Notes: generated from the letters alone by a model not told the origin. Counted from the first letter of the stretch, positions 1-7,876 are shown. The stretch is DNA of 36,953 nt from a virus (IMGVR_UViG_3300029891_000007:1-36953), one strand, 5' to 3'. Program-made: numbers and translations.

Positions 1-128
1 TGAACGCTGCCTGGAAAGACCTTCGTGCCCAAGGAGAGCTCCGCCTCCCTCCTTGGGTGATCTGGGAGGAGAACCGTGTTGTTGTCTCGGAGCGGGCTGA
101 GCAGCGACTCAAGGTGTTCCATGAGTGA
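1..128 (+). CDS. Hypothetical protein, 5'-truncated by the window edge
   Basis: Frame 3 is open from the window start (NAAWKDLRAQGELRLPPWVIWEENR...KVFHE*). TGA at 126-128 overlaps the next ATG at 121. Confidence 0.6.
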   Translation, partial: NAAWKDLRAQGELRLPPWVIWEENRVVVSERAEQRLKVFHE

Positions 129-303
129 ATGCTGCGCGATCCTCAAGGTGCAATCGCACTACAAGAAGCCGCTGATCGAGAAATGTCAGCAGAAGGCTAT
201 CACGAGGATTGACGACATTCCGCTCTGCGGCATCCATCTCAGGTCCCTGGACAACGGGGACCTGAAAGTCGTCACAACTCTGAAAAGGAACCCTCCGAAA
301 TGA
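121..303 (+). CDS. Small Cys/His-rich hypothetical protein (60 aa), possible Zn-binding
   Basis: ATG at 121 with AAGGTG upstream; C..C..C-G-I-H pattern; ATGA overlap with the next gene. Confidence 0.6.
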   Translation: MSECCAILKVQSHYKKPLIEKCQQKAITRIDDIPLCGIHLRSLDNGDLKVVTTLKRNPPK

Positions 304-1253
304 GTGGCAAACAGATCAAGACCATCAACCAGATTTTGACCAAGAAGATCGACAAGTGGCTCGCCTCCATCGAGGACGATCGTCTCCGCAAGATGGCGAA
401 GCGTGATGTCATCGTGACCGGCGGTTCCATCGCGTCCATGCTCCTGGGCGAAGAGGTCAACGACTATGACCTCTACTTCAAGACCTACGAGACCACGCTG
501 GCGATGGCCCATCACTATCTCGAGGTCTTCAAGGCTGGCCGCGTGGCGAAGCAGGGCGGGATCGAATATGACATGTCGGTCCAGGAACTGAAAGACACGC
601 TGGGCAGGAACCGCATCCGCATCGTGGTCAAGTCGGCTGGCGTCGCCGGCGACCAGCAGACCAAGGACTATCAGTATTTCGAGACCGGCGGCAGCGATAC
701 CCCCGAGGCCGGCGAATATCTCGAAGAGGCCTACGCCAATCTCCCGGCCGAAGGCAAGGTGGACGAGGAAGCCCAGAAGCAGAAGCCGGACTATCATCCG
801 GTGTTCCTGTCCTCGAACGCCATCAGCCTCAAGGGCGGGGTGCAAGTGATCATCCGCTTCTATGGCGGGCCAGAAGCGATCCACGAGAACTTCGACTTCG
901 TGCATTGCATGAACTACTGGACGCCGGATGAAGGCGTGGTCGTGAACCAGGACTCGCTTCTCGCGCTCATGTCAAGGACGCTGGTTTATCGCGGATCGCT
1001 GTATCCGGTGTGCTCGGTGTTCAGGGCGAAGAAGTTCATCCTGCGCGGCTGGACGATCAACGCCGGGCAGTATCTCAAGATGTGCTTGCAGATTTCCAAG
1101 CTCGATCTGGAGAACCCTGTCATCCTCGAGGAGCAACTCACCGGGGTTGATGTCGCCTACTTCTCGGAGGTCTTGAACAAGGCCAAGGAGAAGGACAAAG
1201 ATCACATCGACACTGCCTATCTGGTGGAGATCATCAACCGTATGTTCGGCTAG
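300..1253 (+). CDS. Phage nucleotidyltransferase (Pol-beta superfamily)
   Basis: N-terminal GGSIAS...VNDYDLYF (GG-x-DxD) motif and downstream FDFVHC motif; typical codon usage. Confidence 0.8.
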   Translation: MSGKQIKTINQILTKKIDKWLASIEDDRLRKMAKRDVIVTGGSIASMLLGEEVNDYDLYFKTYETTLAMAHHYLEVFKAGRVAKQGGIEYDMSVQELKDTLGRNRIRIVVKSAGVAGDQQTKDYQYFETGGSDTPEAGEYLEEAYANLPAEGKVDEEAQKQKPDYHPVFLSSNAISLKGGVQVIIRFYGGPEAIHENFDFVHCMNYWTPDEGVVVNQDSLLALMSRTLVYRGSLYPVCSVFRAKKFILRGWTINAGQYLKMCLQISKLDLENPVILEEQLTGVDVAYFSEVLNKAKEKDKDHIDTAYLVEIINRMFG

Positions 1254-1262
1254 GAGAACGAA

Positions 1263-1475
1263 ATGGGAGACAAAGCTCGCGGTCTGTATCGGAAGTTCGA
1301 GGTCAATCGCACTGACGGAACTTCTGGTCCTGGACAGAAGCACTATGGCTGCGAATACTTCGTGCTCGATCTTTCACATGACAAATTCGCTGCTCCTGCT
1401 TTGAAGGCATACGCAGATGCCTGTGAACAGGAGTATCCGCTCCTCGCGGCAGACATACGGTCGAAGATCAGCTGA
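1263..1475 (+). CDS. Conserved small phage protein (GLYxKFxVxRTDG...EYFVLDLxHD...ALxAYA type)
   Basis: SD AGGAG; motif recalled from many phage proteins; function unknown. Confidence 0.75.
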   Translation: MGDKARGLYRKFEVNRTDGTSGPGQKHYGCEYFVLDLSHDKFAAPALKAYADACEQEYPLLAADIRSKIS

Positions 1476-1873
1476 TGATCGACTGGGGAACCATCTATAA
1501 TCGTCATCTCGCAAGGGGTGACGATCATGGATATGCAGCTTTCGCAGCAGATCAGTGGGAAGCAAGAATGAACAGAAAGACCGCTGATAAGAAACTGGCC
1601 GCAGCGATTGACAAAATCGGTGCAGAGCCGCTTCACAAGGTCGTTGTCGGCAACCTGTATCCCTCCAAAGGAGGACGTGATACTCGTTTCTGGTATGTGA
1701 TTTCTATCAAGAGATCGACGTCCAGGATACGAGGAGACCGTGCCATCCTTCTTGGGCTTGATGAGGACTGGAACATCGTCTCGTCACAGACGTATGGCGT
1801 CCATGCTCTTGAGGAGCGAGAGCTTCTCGGGCATTATCCCTTGTCTGAGGTATCGTTTAGCGACGACATATAG
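1475..1873 (+). CDS. Hypothetical protein (possible internal start at 1568)
   Basis: TGATG coupling to the previous gene; 132-codon ORF. Confidence 0.65.
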   Translation: MIDWGTIYNRHLARGDDHGYAAFAADQWEARMNRKTADKKLAAAIDKIGAEPLHKVVVGNLYPSKGGRDTRFWYVISIKRSTSRIRGDRAILLGLDEDWNIVSSQTYGVHALEERELLGHYPLSEVSFSDDI

Positions 1874-1876
1874 AGC

Positions 1877-1926
1877 TTTTCTTCAGGACCCTCGCGGGGT
1901 AGGCTGTAGGTAGGGCAATGGTGCCC
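1877..1926 (+). promoter_or_regulatory. Repeated phage promoter, copy 1, plus 5' hairpin GGGCA-ATGG-TGCCC
   Basis: TTCAGG(1882)-12 nt-TAGGCT(1900), then hairpin 1913-1926; matches copies at 3784, 5853 and 9752. Confidence 0.7.
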
Positions 1927-1943
1927 AAAGAAGAGGCGATGCT

Positions 1944-2200
1944 ATGACGACTTTCACTGGGAAGGAGCAGGTCAACACCTTCGTGATGATCACGCTCAAA
2001 TCCGCCATCAAGCTGTATGTCCAGACGGGCATGAAAGCGAACCGGGCCTACACGCCGGCGAACTCCTCGGCAAGACCTACAAGCGCGGTCAGCTCCAGCA
2101 GGCGCACGATGATCTCGCCGCCAAGCTCGAGGAGATCAAACAGCAACGAGAGGTCGATCACAAAGTCGATTTCCAATACCACAGGCTCGGCCATGACTGA
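1944..2200 (+). pseudogene. Small phage protein interrupted by a frameshift at ~2064
   Basis: MTTF...RAYTPAN continues in the -1 frame as LGKTYKRGQLQQAHDDLAAKLEEIK...HD* (stop 2198-2200), with normal codon usage and an ATGACTGA overlap to the next gene. Confidence 0.65.
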
Positions 2201-2432
2201 TCCCGTTCGCTACCTCAGCGCCGAGAAGATGACGCATGATGACTTCGGCGTCCCCTTCACCAACCAGAAGGGCGAGGTCGTCTACGACGCCAAGACCATC
2301 CATCGCGGCGGGTGCTGGGCGACCATGACCGAGGAGAGCTACAGGCTCCACTCGATCAAGCGACTCGGTCAAGGGTTCGGCCAGAAGTATGTCCGCCAGC
2401 AGAGCGGTCAGCTTCACAAAGTGGAGGGCTGA
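2193..2432 (+). CDS. Hypothetical protein (79 aa)
   Basis: MTDPVRYLS...; ATG overlaps the repaired stop of the upstream gene. Confidence 0.7.
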   Translation: MTDPVRYLSAEKMTHDDFGVPFTNQKGEVVYDAKTIHRGGCWATMTEESYRLHSIKRLGQGFGQKYVRQQSGQLHKVEG

Positions 2433-2435
2433 TCA

Positions 2436-2669
2436 ATGCACGTCTTCGAGTTTGATGGCTGGGACCACATGCTCGTGAAGGTGTTCCTGGAACCTGATGG
2501 TGATCTCTACATCGGTGATATTGTCCCAGTCCACACGGTTCACCATGTGGAACTTCACCTGATGGACGAGATCACGTTCATGACCGAGGAGCAATTCATC
2601 GCTGCGTATTCTGAAGAGGCACACGATATCCTCGGCAACGCTATGGAGGATGCCGCAAGTGGGAACTGA
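2436..2669 (+). CDS. Small, highly acidic hypothetical protein
   Basis: SD GGAGG; about 17 D/E versus 1 K/R in 77 aa. Confidence 0.7.
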   Translation: MHVFEFDGWDHMLVKVFLEPDGDLYIGDIVPVHTVHHVELHLMDEITFMTEEQFIAAYSEEAHDILGNAMEDAASGN

Positions 2670-2967
2670 AGTCGCCACTGTCAAGAACCACGAGATGACG
2701 TCGGAGTTTCCGAGCCTCAGGAAACTGTGCGATCGGCACGGTTTCGCCGAAGTCTCTCGCATGTTCGGCCTGTCTGATTCTGCTGTGAACCAGATGATCA
2801 CGGCAGGCCGGTGCCGACCGGTCTACGAATTGGCTGCAACCCTGATCCTCGAGAAGGAGGAGAAGACTGAAGCCATGCTGGTCATGAAGGTGAATGCCCA
2901 GCAGAAGACCGCCATGCTGCCCATTCTGGCAGCGATGAACATCACCTACATGGACCTCGATCTATGA
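2650..2967 (+). CDS. Putative HTH DNA-binding protein
   Basis: FAEVSRMFGLSDSAVNQMI helix-turn-helix pattern. Confidence 0.65.
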   Translation: MPQVGTEVATVKNHEMTSEFPSLRKLCDRHGFAEVSRMFGLSDSAVNQMITAGRCRPVYELAATLILEKEEKTEAMLVMKVNAQQKTAMLPILAAMNITYMDLDL

Positions 2968-3479
2968 ACCTGTTCGTGCTCGATGAAGACCCCGTGGTCG
3001 CTGCCGCTGGCTTGGATGACAAGCGCATCGGCAGCGCCTTGCGCGAGGCGAACCAGATGATGTCGACCGCAATTCTGCGCTTCGGAGAGGGCGTGGAGAC
3101 CGGCGTGGGGCTGGCTACCCTGCCCAGCCATGAACACCATCCAGTGACGCTCTGGGTGGCCTCGACAAGCGGGAATTTCGCGTGGTGCCTTGCCTATGCG
3201 CAGGCGCTGGTGAAAGAATGGGGAATTCGCTACGGAACTCACCATTCGTCCGCAGATCGTGTGCCCTACATCGCAACCTTTTCCAGTTGTCTTCCAGCCG
3301 GGCCGCTGCTACCGTTCCAAAATAGTGCGAGACATGAAGGTCTGGGAGTCGACTTCACACACCTTCCCGTCCCGGAGTCGTATCGTGCGTATCTCCAGGA
3401 ACGTTGGAAGACAGACAAGCGAGCCCCGACCTACTCGAATCGAGGGTGGCCGGAATGGGCGCAGAGGTCAAAGCCGTGA
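2964..3479 (+). CDS. Pyrimidine-dimer DNA glycosylase family protein (DenV/endonuclease V-like)
   Basis: MNLFVLDEDP..AA..LDDKR...EANQMMSTA, HHPVTLWV, NFAW, SYRAYL and W-rich C-terminal motifs. Confidence 0.75.
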   Translation: MNLFVLDEDPVVAAAGLDDKRIGSALREANQMMSTAILRFGEGVETGVGLATLPSHEHHPVTLWVASTSGNFAWCLAYAQALVKEWGIRYGTHHSSADRVPYIATFSSCLPAGPLLPFQNSARHEGLGVDFTHLPVPESYRAYLQERWKTDKRAPTYSNRGWPEWAQRSKP

Positions 3480-3772
3480 GAGTGACAGCAGGACTCCGTG
3501 TCGGGTTCTGGGACCAGAACGGAACCCAGTGGAATGGAGGTCCCTTCAAGCCGAAGGGATACTACAACGGACCGGAACTCGGTGATCATATCCCCGGGAC
3601 GCTTCTCGAACAACAACTGATGGAAGGAACGCTGCGCTTTCGCGTCGGCGTTCTTTTCCGTCCTGATCTGAACGTGAAGCAGCGTTTGGAGACAATCCTG
3701 ATCCTGGAGAACTGGATACCTGAGATGTTCGACTATCAGGACTGGGAACAGGAACTCGCAATAGGCGAGTAA
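3476..3772 (+). CDS. Hypothetical protein (98 aa)
   Basis: GTGA overlap with the previous stop; SD GAGGT. Confidence 0.6.
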   Translation: MRVTAGLRVGFWDQNGTQWNGGPFKPKGYYNGPELGDHIPGTLLEQQLMEGTLRFRVGVLFRPDLNVKQRLETILILENWIPEMFDYQDWEQELAIGE

Positions 3773-3778
3773 TAGAGC

Positions 3779-3831
3779 TTTTCTTCGTAAACGTCGCGGG
3801 CTACTGTGTAGGTGGGCAATGGTGCCCCTAC
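3779..3831 (+). promoter_or_regulatory. Repeated phage promoter, copy 2, plus 5' hairpin
   Basis: TTCGTA(3784)-12 nt-TACTGT(3802); GGGCA-ATGG-TGCCC at 3814-3827; shares AGAGCTTTTCTTC with copy 1. Confidence 0.7.
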
Positions 3832-3844
3832 AGAGGTGAATGTA

Positions 3845-4177
3845 ATGTCCAATCGCTACAATGAGTCCACCGTCCATCGGGCGAACTGCAACGGTGTGAT
3901 CATCACCATGCAGAAGGTCTGGGCCAAGACCGAACCCGAGACCGATGCCTACTTCCTGGTGTCCATCGTCGACCGCTACGATGAGTTCGGTGGCGAGGAC
4001 GACCCGTATGACTACGAGACCGAGGCGGAGGCCAAGGCCGCGTTCGACGGTTTCGTGGAGGAGTATCGGGACAAGCCGAACTGGAACGCTCAGGCCGCGT
4101 ATGACGAGGCTCACGGCACCATCAACGGCGAAGACCCCGGTGTGGTCGCCATGCGGGAGGCGTGGGGCGAATGCTGA
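3845..4177 (+). CDS. Acidic hypothetical protein (110 aa)
   Basis: SD GAGGTG and ATG at 3845, directly after promoter copy 2; D/E-rich. Confidence 0.75.
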   Translation: MSNRYNESTVHRANCNGVIITMQKVWAKTEPETDAYFLVSIVDRYDEFGGEDDPYDYETEAEAKAAFDGFVEEYRDKPNWNAQAAYDEAHGTINGEDPGVVAMREAWGEC

Positions 4178-4329
4178 GGTTCATTCCGCACCTGATCATG
4201 TGCATCCTGTTCTCGGTGCTGGTCGCCTTCGTGCTGGTGAACTTTCTCACCGGCTGCGAGGACTGGTCCAAGGACAACTGCATCACGCCGAAACAGATCT
4301 GGCAGGAGATTTTCGTCAATGTTGATTGA
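4171..4329 (+). CDS. Small membrane protein (52 aa), not in the ORF track
   Basis: MLRFIPHLIMCILFSVLVAFVLVNFLTGCEDWSKDNCITPKQIWQEIFVNVD*; SD GGGAGG; one TM segment ending LTGC (possible lipobox). Confidence 0.65.
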   Translation: MLRFIPHLIMCILFSVLVAFVLVNFLTGCEDWSKDNCITPKQIWQEIFVNVD

Positions 4330-4619
4330 CATGCTTCCGGAGGAGAACTCCGGCTTCACCGTCTACGCCGCTGTGACCGAGAACAACGAGGTCATCTGGG
4401 CTTATGACAATGGGTCCGCCTGTCGGCAGCCGAGCCGTGAGGATTGGAGCGGCGAGGCGATGATCGATCAGGATCGCTCGTTGTTCATGGTCTGGAAGCG
4501 CGGCAAGATCGTCATCGTCGGACTTCCACTTCCGCTTCGAGGTCACCATCGACAAGCCCTTCAAGGCTGTGATCCTCGCGCACGAACTGGCAGGTCTCAT
4601 GGATGCTGCCCATGAATAA
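4319..4619 (+). pseudogene. Hypothetical protein with a +1 frameshift at ~4520
   Basis: After ...KIVIV the +1 frame reads DFHFRFEVTIDKPFKAVILAHELAGLMDAAHE* with preferred codons and ends in an ATGAATAA overlap with the next gene. Confidence 0.55.
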
Positions 4620-4818
4620 ATATCCGCCGTTCGACAACCGACCCGAGGCTGTCGCATGGCGGAAGGCGAACAAGAGGAGAGTGCGCAAACGAAAGCCACT
4701 GATCGGCAAGTTCACCCTCCTGTGGGTGTTCGCTGGTGTGATAGCCCTGATCAGCCCGCTGCTGGGGCTGGGGCTGGTGGCCTTGATAGTGTTTCTGAAG
4801 CGCTCAGAGGCCCCTTAG
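4612..4818 (+). CDS. Small membrane protein with a basic N-terminus and a hydrophobic C-terminus
   Basis: MNKYPPF...RKRKPLIGKFTLLWVFAGVIALISPLLGLGLVALIVFLKR. Confidence 0.65.
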   Translation: MNKYPPFDNRPEAVAWRKANKRRVRKRKPLIGKFTLLWVFAGVIALISPLLGLGLVALIVFLKRSEAP

Positions 4819-4825
4819 AGGGCCA

Positions 4826-4854
4826 TGGACAGCCCAGCCGGGGGTGGCTATGTA
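4826..4854 (+). promoter_or_regulatory. Sigma70-like promoter
   Basis: TGGACA(4826)-17 nt-TATGTA(4849). Confidence 0.5.
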
Positions 4855-4859
4855 ACACC

Positions 4860-4976
4860 GGCAGCGGAGGCTCTGGCAGCATGGGATAGGGCTGGCTTCC
4901 CCTGCGAAAGCAGGGTTCCGGAGTGTCTCTCGCACCGCGAGGGCGGTGGTTCGCTGCCGCCCTCGCGTGACATTTT
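4860..4976 (+). ncRNA. Candidate structured small RNA (~115 nt)
   Basis: Promoter upstream; stem GGAGGC/GCTTCC with inner CAGC/GCTG; CCTGC-GAAA-GCAGG; terminal 14-bp UUCG hairpin followed by a T run. Confidence 0.45.
4936..4976 (+). terminator. Probable intrinsic terminator
   Basis: CGCGAGGGCGGTGG-TTCG-CTGCCGCCCTCGCG followed by TGACATTTT. Confidence 0.65.
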
Positions 4977-4981
4977 GAGAC

Positions 4982-5010
4982 TGTTCGCAGCCCTTCTCTT
5001 GGGCTATACT
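4982..5010 (+). promoter_or_regulatory. Variant phage promoter
   Basis: TTCGCA(4984)-15 nt-TATACT(5005); shares TTCGCAGCCCT with the copy at 5853. Confidence 0.55.
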
Positions 5011-5036
5011 CAGGCTAAGGCTACCTCAAGGAGTTT

Positions 5037-5324
5037 ATGATGGAAGACCTCAATTCGGTCGTTCGGCTGTGGCATGTCGCGCCCGACGGTAAGCGGCGGC
5101 TGTTCAACACGATCAGCTCCGGCTCGAAGTTCTTTGGATTCCGGACCCCGAACAACATGCACCTTCTGGAGAGCCGGATCAAGTGCGCGGAAATCCTGCG
5201 CGACGGCTGGGTCCAGTGCAACCAGTATCCTGGGAAGTGGGAGATCGAGGTCGGCAAGCCCGATCCGACGGTGTTCTCGCAGATGACCAGCGATATCATC
5301 GCCAAGAGCAGGGAGAACAGCTGA
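5037..5324 (+). CDS. Hypothetical protein (95 aa)
   Basis: SD AAGGAG; preferred codons. Confidence 0.75.
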   Translation: MMEDLNSVVRLWHVAPDGKRRLFNTISSGSKFFGFRTPNNMHLLESRIKCAEILRDGWVQCNQYPGKWEIEVGKPDPTVFSQMTSDIIAKSRENS

Positions 5325-5539
5325 AGAACGCAATCCGTGATGTCTCCGGCATGATTGCCGGGGAACTTCAGGTCGGCGAGGACGAGGATTTCGCCTTGAT
5401 CCTTGCTGAGACCACGCTGGACGCTGGACGTCTGGCGATGAACGGGCATCGTGAAGCCCAAGAGGAACTGCGGTCCCTGCTCGACACGTCGTCGTGGGAC
5501 GAGGTCCTGGAGGAGGCGAAGAAGTATGTCTGCTATTGA
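5321..5539 (+). CDS. Acidic hypothetical protein; probable CTG start at 5321 (alternative ATG at 5351)
   Basis: SD AGGGAG at 5310-5315, then CTGA overlapping the upstream stop. Confidence 0.55.
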   Translation: MKNAIRDVSGMIAGELQVGEDEDFALILAETTLDAGRLAMNGHREAQEELRSLLDTSSWDEVLEEAKKYVCY

Positions 5540-5843
5540 TCAGTTCCCGACTGTCAAGAAAGCAGCCTTGCTCATTGCTCTGGACAATGGGCTGATCAAC
5601 CGCTTCTGTTCGGAGCAGACCTGGATCGGCAGGGTGGAAGGAGCCATCTTCGCTGACGGTGTTCCTCAGCATGACGTTCGGATGCTGGAGAACTTTCTCC
5701 TGACCCTCAGCGAGGAAGACCTCGAGACCCTGTGCTGTGGCGAGCATATGGAGATGGTCGCAGTGGAGGAGAATGCACCGATGTCTGTGGTCGAACCCGA
5801 CATGAAGGTCACGCGTCTGCTGAATGACATCTTTGAAGCGTAG
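5526..5843 (+). CDS. Acidic hypothetical protein (105 aa)
   Basis: SD GGAGGAGG; MSAIDQFPTV... Confidence 0.7.
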   Translation: MSAIDQFPTVKKAALLIALDNGLINRFCSEQTWIGRVEGAIFADGVPQHDVRMLENFLLTLSEEDLETLCCGEHMEMVAVEENAPMSVVEPDMKVTRLLNDIFEA

Positions 5844-5847
5844 ACTG

Positions 5848-5890
5848 TGGTCTTCGCAGCCCTCCCATGCCATGCTTGCGGTAGGGTAAA
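5848..5890 (+). promoter_or_regulatory. Repeated phage promoter, copy 3 (hairpin degenerate)
   Basis: TTCGCA(5853)-12 nt-CATGCT(5871), then GGTAGGG. Confidence 0.55.
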
Positions 5891-5908
5891 CCGTGAGAGG
5901 CTACTGAA

Positions 5909-6262
5909 ATGAGAGGCATTCTGATCAATCCCTGGACCAAGGAGATCACCGAGGTCCAGGTGGTAAGCGACTACCGGGAAATCTACCGGTTCCTTTCCAA
6001 CCCGCTCGGCCCCAAGGTGGAGACGTTCTGCGTCGGGGTCAAATGGGACAATGGCGATACGCTCTACGTCGATGACGAGGGCTATCTCAAAGCGGGGATG
6101 CGACTGTTCGACATCGGTCGGACGGACGACTGGAAGCTGGCCGGGAACGGTCTGATCCTCGGGTGTGACAATGAGGGCGAGTCCCAGGATGCGAAGATGC
6201 TTCTCACTGATCTGCAGACGCAGGTCAAGTGGACCAACCTCGTGACGGCAGGAGCGAACTGA
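5909..6262 (+). CDS. DUF3846-like phage protein
   Basis: ILINP..., LYVDDEG and LAGNGLILG motifs. Confidence 0.65.
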   Translation: MRGILINPWTKEITEVQVVSDYREIYRFLSNPLGPKVETFCVGVKWDNGDTLYVDDEGYLKAGMRLFDIGRTDDWKLAGNGLILGCDNEGESQDAKMLLTDLQTQVKWTNLVTAGAN

Positions 6263-6528
6263 TGTGCGTCGTGTGTGAAACCCGCAAGAAGCAGATTGAG
6301 CTCATGAAAGAGCTCATGATGGACGTGGAGAAGCGAGAGATTGCCATCCTCGTTCGGAAGACCGATGAGGTCGCTCGTCTGGGAGACGAGGTCAACCGCA
6401 AGATGGCGAAGATGCTGGCCTTGCAGGACGAACTCCCTGACGCTTTCAGTGACATGGACGTGCTGATGTGCGTCCTGTCCAAACTCGGTGGCAAGAGAAA
6501 GGATGCTGTCCATGTCAAGACCCTCTAA
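6262..6528 (+). CDS. Helical protein starting MCxxC
   Basis: TGATG coupling; SD AGGAG; MCVVCETRKK. Confidence 0.7.
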   Translation: MCVVCETRKKQIELMKELMMDVEKREIAILVRKTDEVARLGDEVNRKMAKMLALQDELPDAFSDMDVLMCVLSKLGGKRKDAVHVKTL

Positions 6529-6739
6529 TGATTGGGTCGTGAAGCTCCTGTTCCGCCTCGCCGTCGGGCTCGTGCTTTGTGGCGCGATCCCGGCGGCGCT
6601 TCTCTACTACGTCCTCCACAATCTGGAGGTGACGTGGCTTCACATCTTCATGGTGTCTGGCTCGGAAAGCCTCTGGGTCTACCTCTGCTACGACATCACT
6701 CGCTGGGTAAAGGAGGCGTGGGATGCACGCAATGATTGA
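6512..6739 (+). CDS. Small membrane protein
   Basis: Two hydrophobic segments; SD AAGGA. Confidence 0.6.
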   Translation: MSRPSNDWVVKLLFRLAVGLVLCGAIPAALLYYVLHNLEVTWLHIFMVSGSESLWVYLCYDITRWVKEAWDARND

Positions 6740-7277
6740 CATCGAGACCCTCGGGATCGGACATAACGTGCCGATGTTCGAGCTCGGTCTCAAGCTGTTC
6801 CGTGTCAATGAAGACATGAACGGCATGGGGTTCTCATTCGCTCTTGAAGAGCGAATGGTCTGGCACATCGATCTGCTGGACGTCGTGCTGTCGACTGGTT
6901 TCGTGCCTCAGCAAGAAACCATTCGCTGGTGGCAGCAGCAGAGCTATGATCCGAGGGTGATGCCGAGAGTGCATCTCAAGGATGCTTTGTTTGAAGTATT
7001 CCAGAAACATCAAGTCGAGTTCGTCTGGGGCAATTCTCCCTCGTTCGATCTGGTCATCCTCGAGCAGCACTATTCTGCTCTTGGGCTGGACAAGCCCTGG
7101 AACTTCCGGATGGAACTCGACTATCGCACCATCCGCTGGCTCTACAAGACCCGGTATCGCGGTGAGACGCCCAAGGAGGTCGCGGGGCTCGTGGCTCACA
7201 ACGCGGCGGACGATGCCGAGGGTCAGGCCACCACTCTGATACAGATGCTGAAGGAGGGACTGCTCAATGCTGAATAA
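6723..7277 (+). CDS. DEDDh 3'-5' exonuclease (RNase AS/Rv2179c-like)
   Basis: MIDIETLG (ExoI), WGNSPSFDLVIL (ExoII), ELDYRT, HNAADDA (ExoIII). Confidence 0.85.
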   Translation: MHAMIDIETLGIGHNVPMFELGLKLFRVNEDMNGMGFSFALEERMVWHIDLLDVVLSTGFVPQQETIRWWQQQSYDPRVMPRVHLKDALFEVFQKHQVEFVWGNSPSFDLVILEQHYSALGLDKPWNFRMELDYRTIRWLYKTRYRGETPKEVAGLVAHNAADDAEGQATTLIQMLKEGLLNAE

Positions 7278-7464
7278 GCTGCTGGCGATATGGCTCGCAG
7301 GCGGCATCTTCCTCTGGGGCTTCGACCTCGGAACACAAGAATTCTGTGCCGAGAAGGAGTATCACAATCCAGTGATATTCCTTGGCTGGCCCATCGCAAT
7401 GATCGCTCTGTCTGTTGGGGCGACTGTAGAGGAGAGACCGCAATGTGTGAAGTCTGTAAAGTGA
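7267..7464 (+). CDS. Small membrane protein
   Basis: SD GGAGG; two hydrophobic stretches with a GWP motif. Confidence 0.6.
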   Translation: MLNKLLAIWLAGGIFLWGFDLGTQEFCAEKEYHNPVIFLGWPIAMIALSVGATVEERPQCVKSVK

Positions 7465-7727
7465 GAGAGGAGTGCGATCTCCTGGCCGAGGAACTCGAAT
7501 TTCTGTTCCTCGAATACCAGAAGAAAACGCGCTTCAAGCAGTTCGGTGAGGCCGACAAGGCGCGTGACCGGGCGCTCGTTGTTACGAAGATGATCTTCGA
7601 TCGTCTGTCCACCATCCCTCGTCTGCAGGGGGAGATTGCTTCTCGTGATGAGAAGCAATCTGTTGGCGGTCTCTTCGAAATGCTCCGTCGTCAGGGCGGA
7701 GGCGAAGGCTCCGGTGGTCTTCACTGA
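7443..7727 (+). CDS. Helical protein starting MCxxC
   Basis: SD GAGGAG; MCEVCKVREEC. Confidence 0.7.
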   Translation: MCEVCKVREECDLLAEELEFLFLEYQKKTRFKQFGEADKARDRALVVTKMIFDRLSTIPRLQGEIASRDEKQSVGGLFEMLRRQGGGEGSGGLH

Positions 7728-7876
7728 CGAAGCCACTTCCCGTCCTTGTAGGTGAACTGACCTTTGCCTACAAGGGCGACCTTCTCAGCGAAGGATATCT
7801 TTCTGCGATTGACCATCTTCCACTGATCAAGTTGTGCGACGAAGGATGAGACAGCTTCGTTCCTTTCCTGTGTCAT
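7721..7876 (-). CDS. Small hypothetical protein (51 aa), not in the ORF track
   Basis: MTQERNEAVSSFVAQLDQWKMVNRRKISFAEKVALVGKGQFTYKDGKWLRQ*; ATGA overlap with 7873..8511. Confidence 0.55.
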   Translation of the reverse strand: MTQERNEAVSSFVAQLDQWKMVNRRKISFAEKVALVGKGQFTYKDGKWLRQ

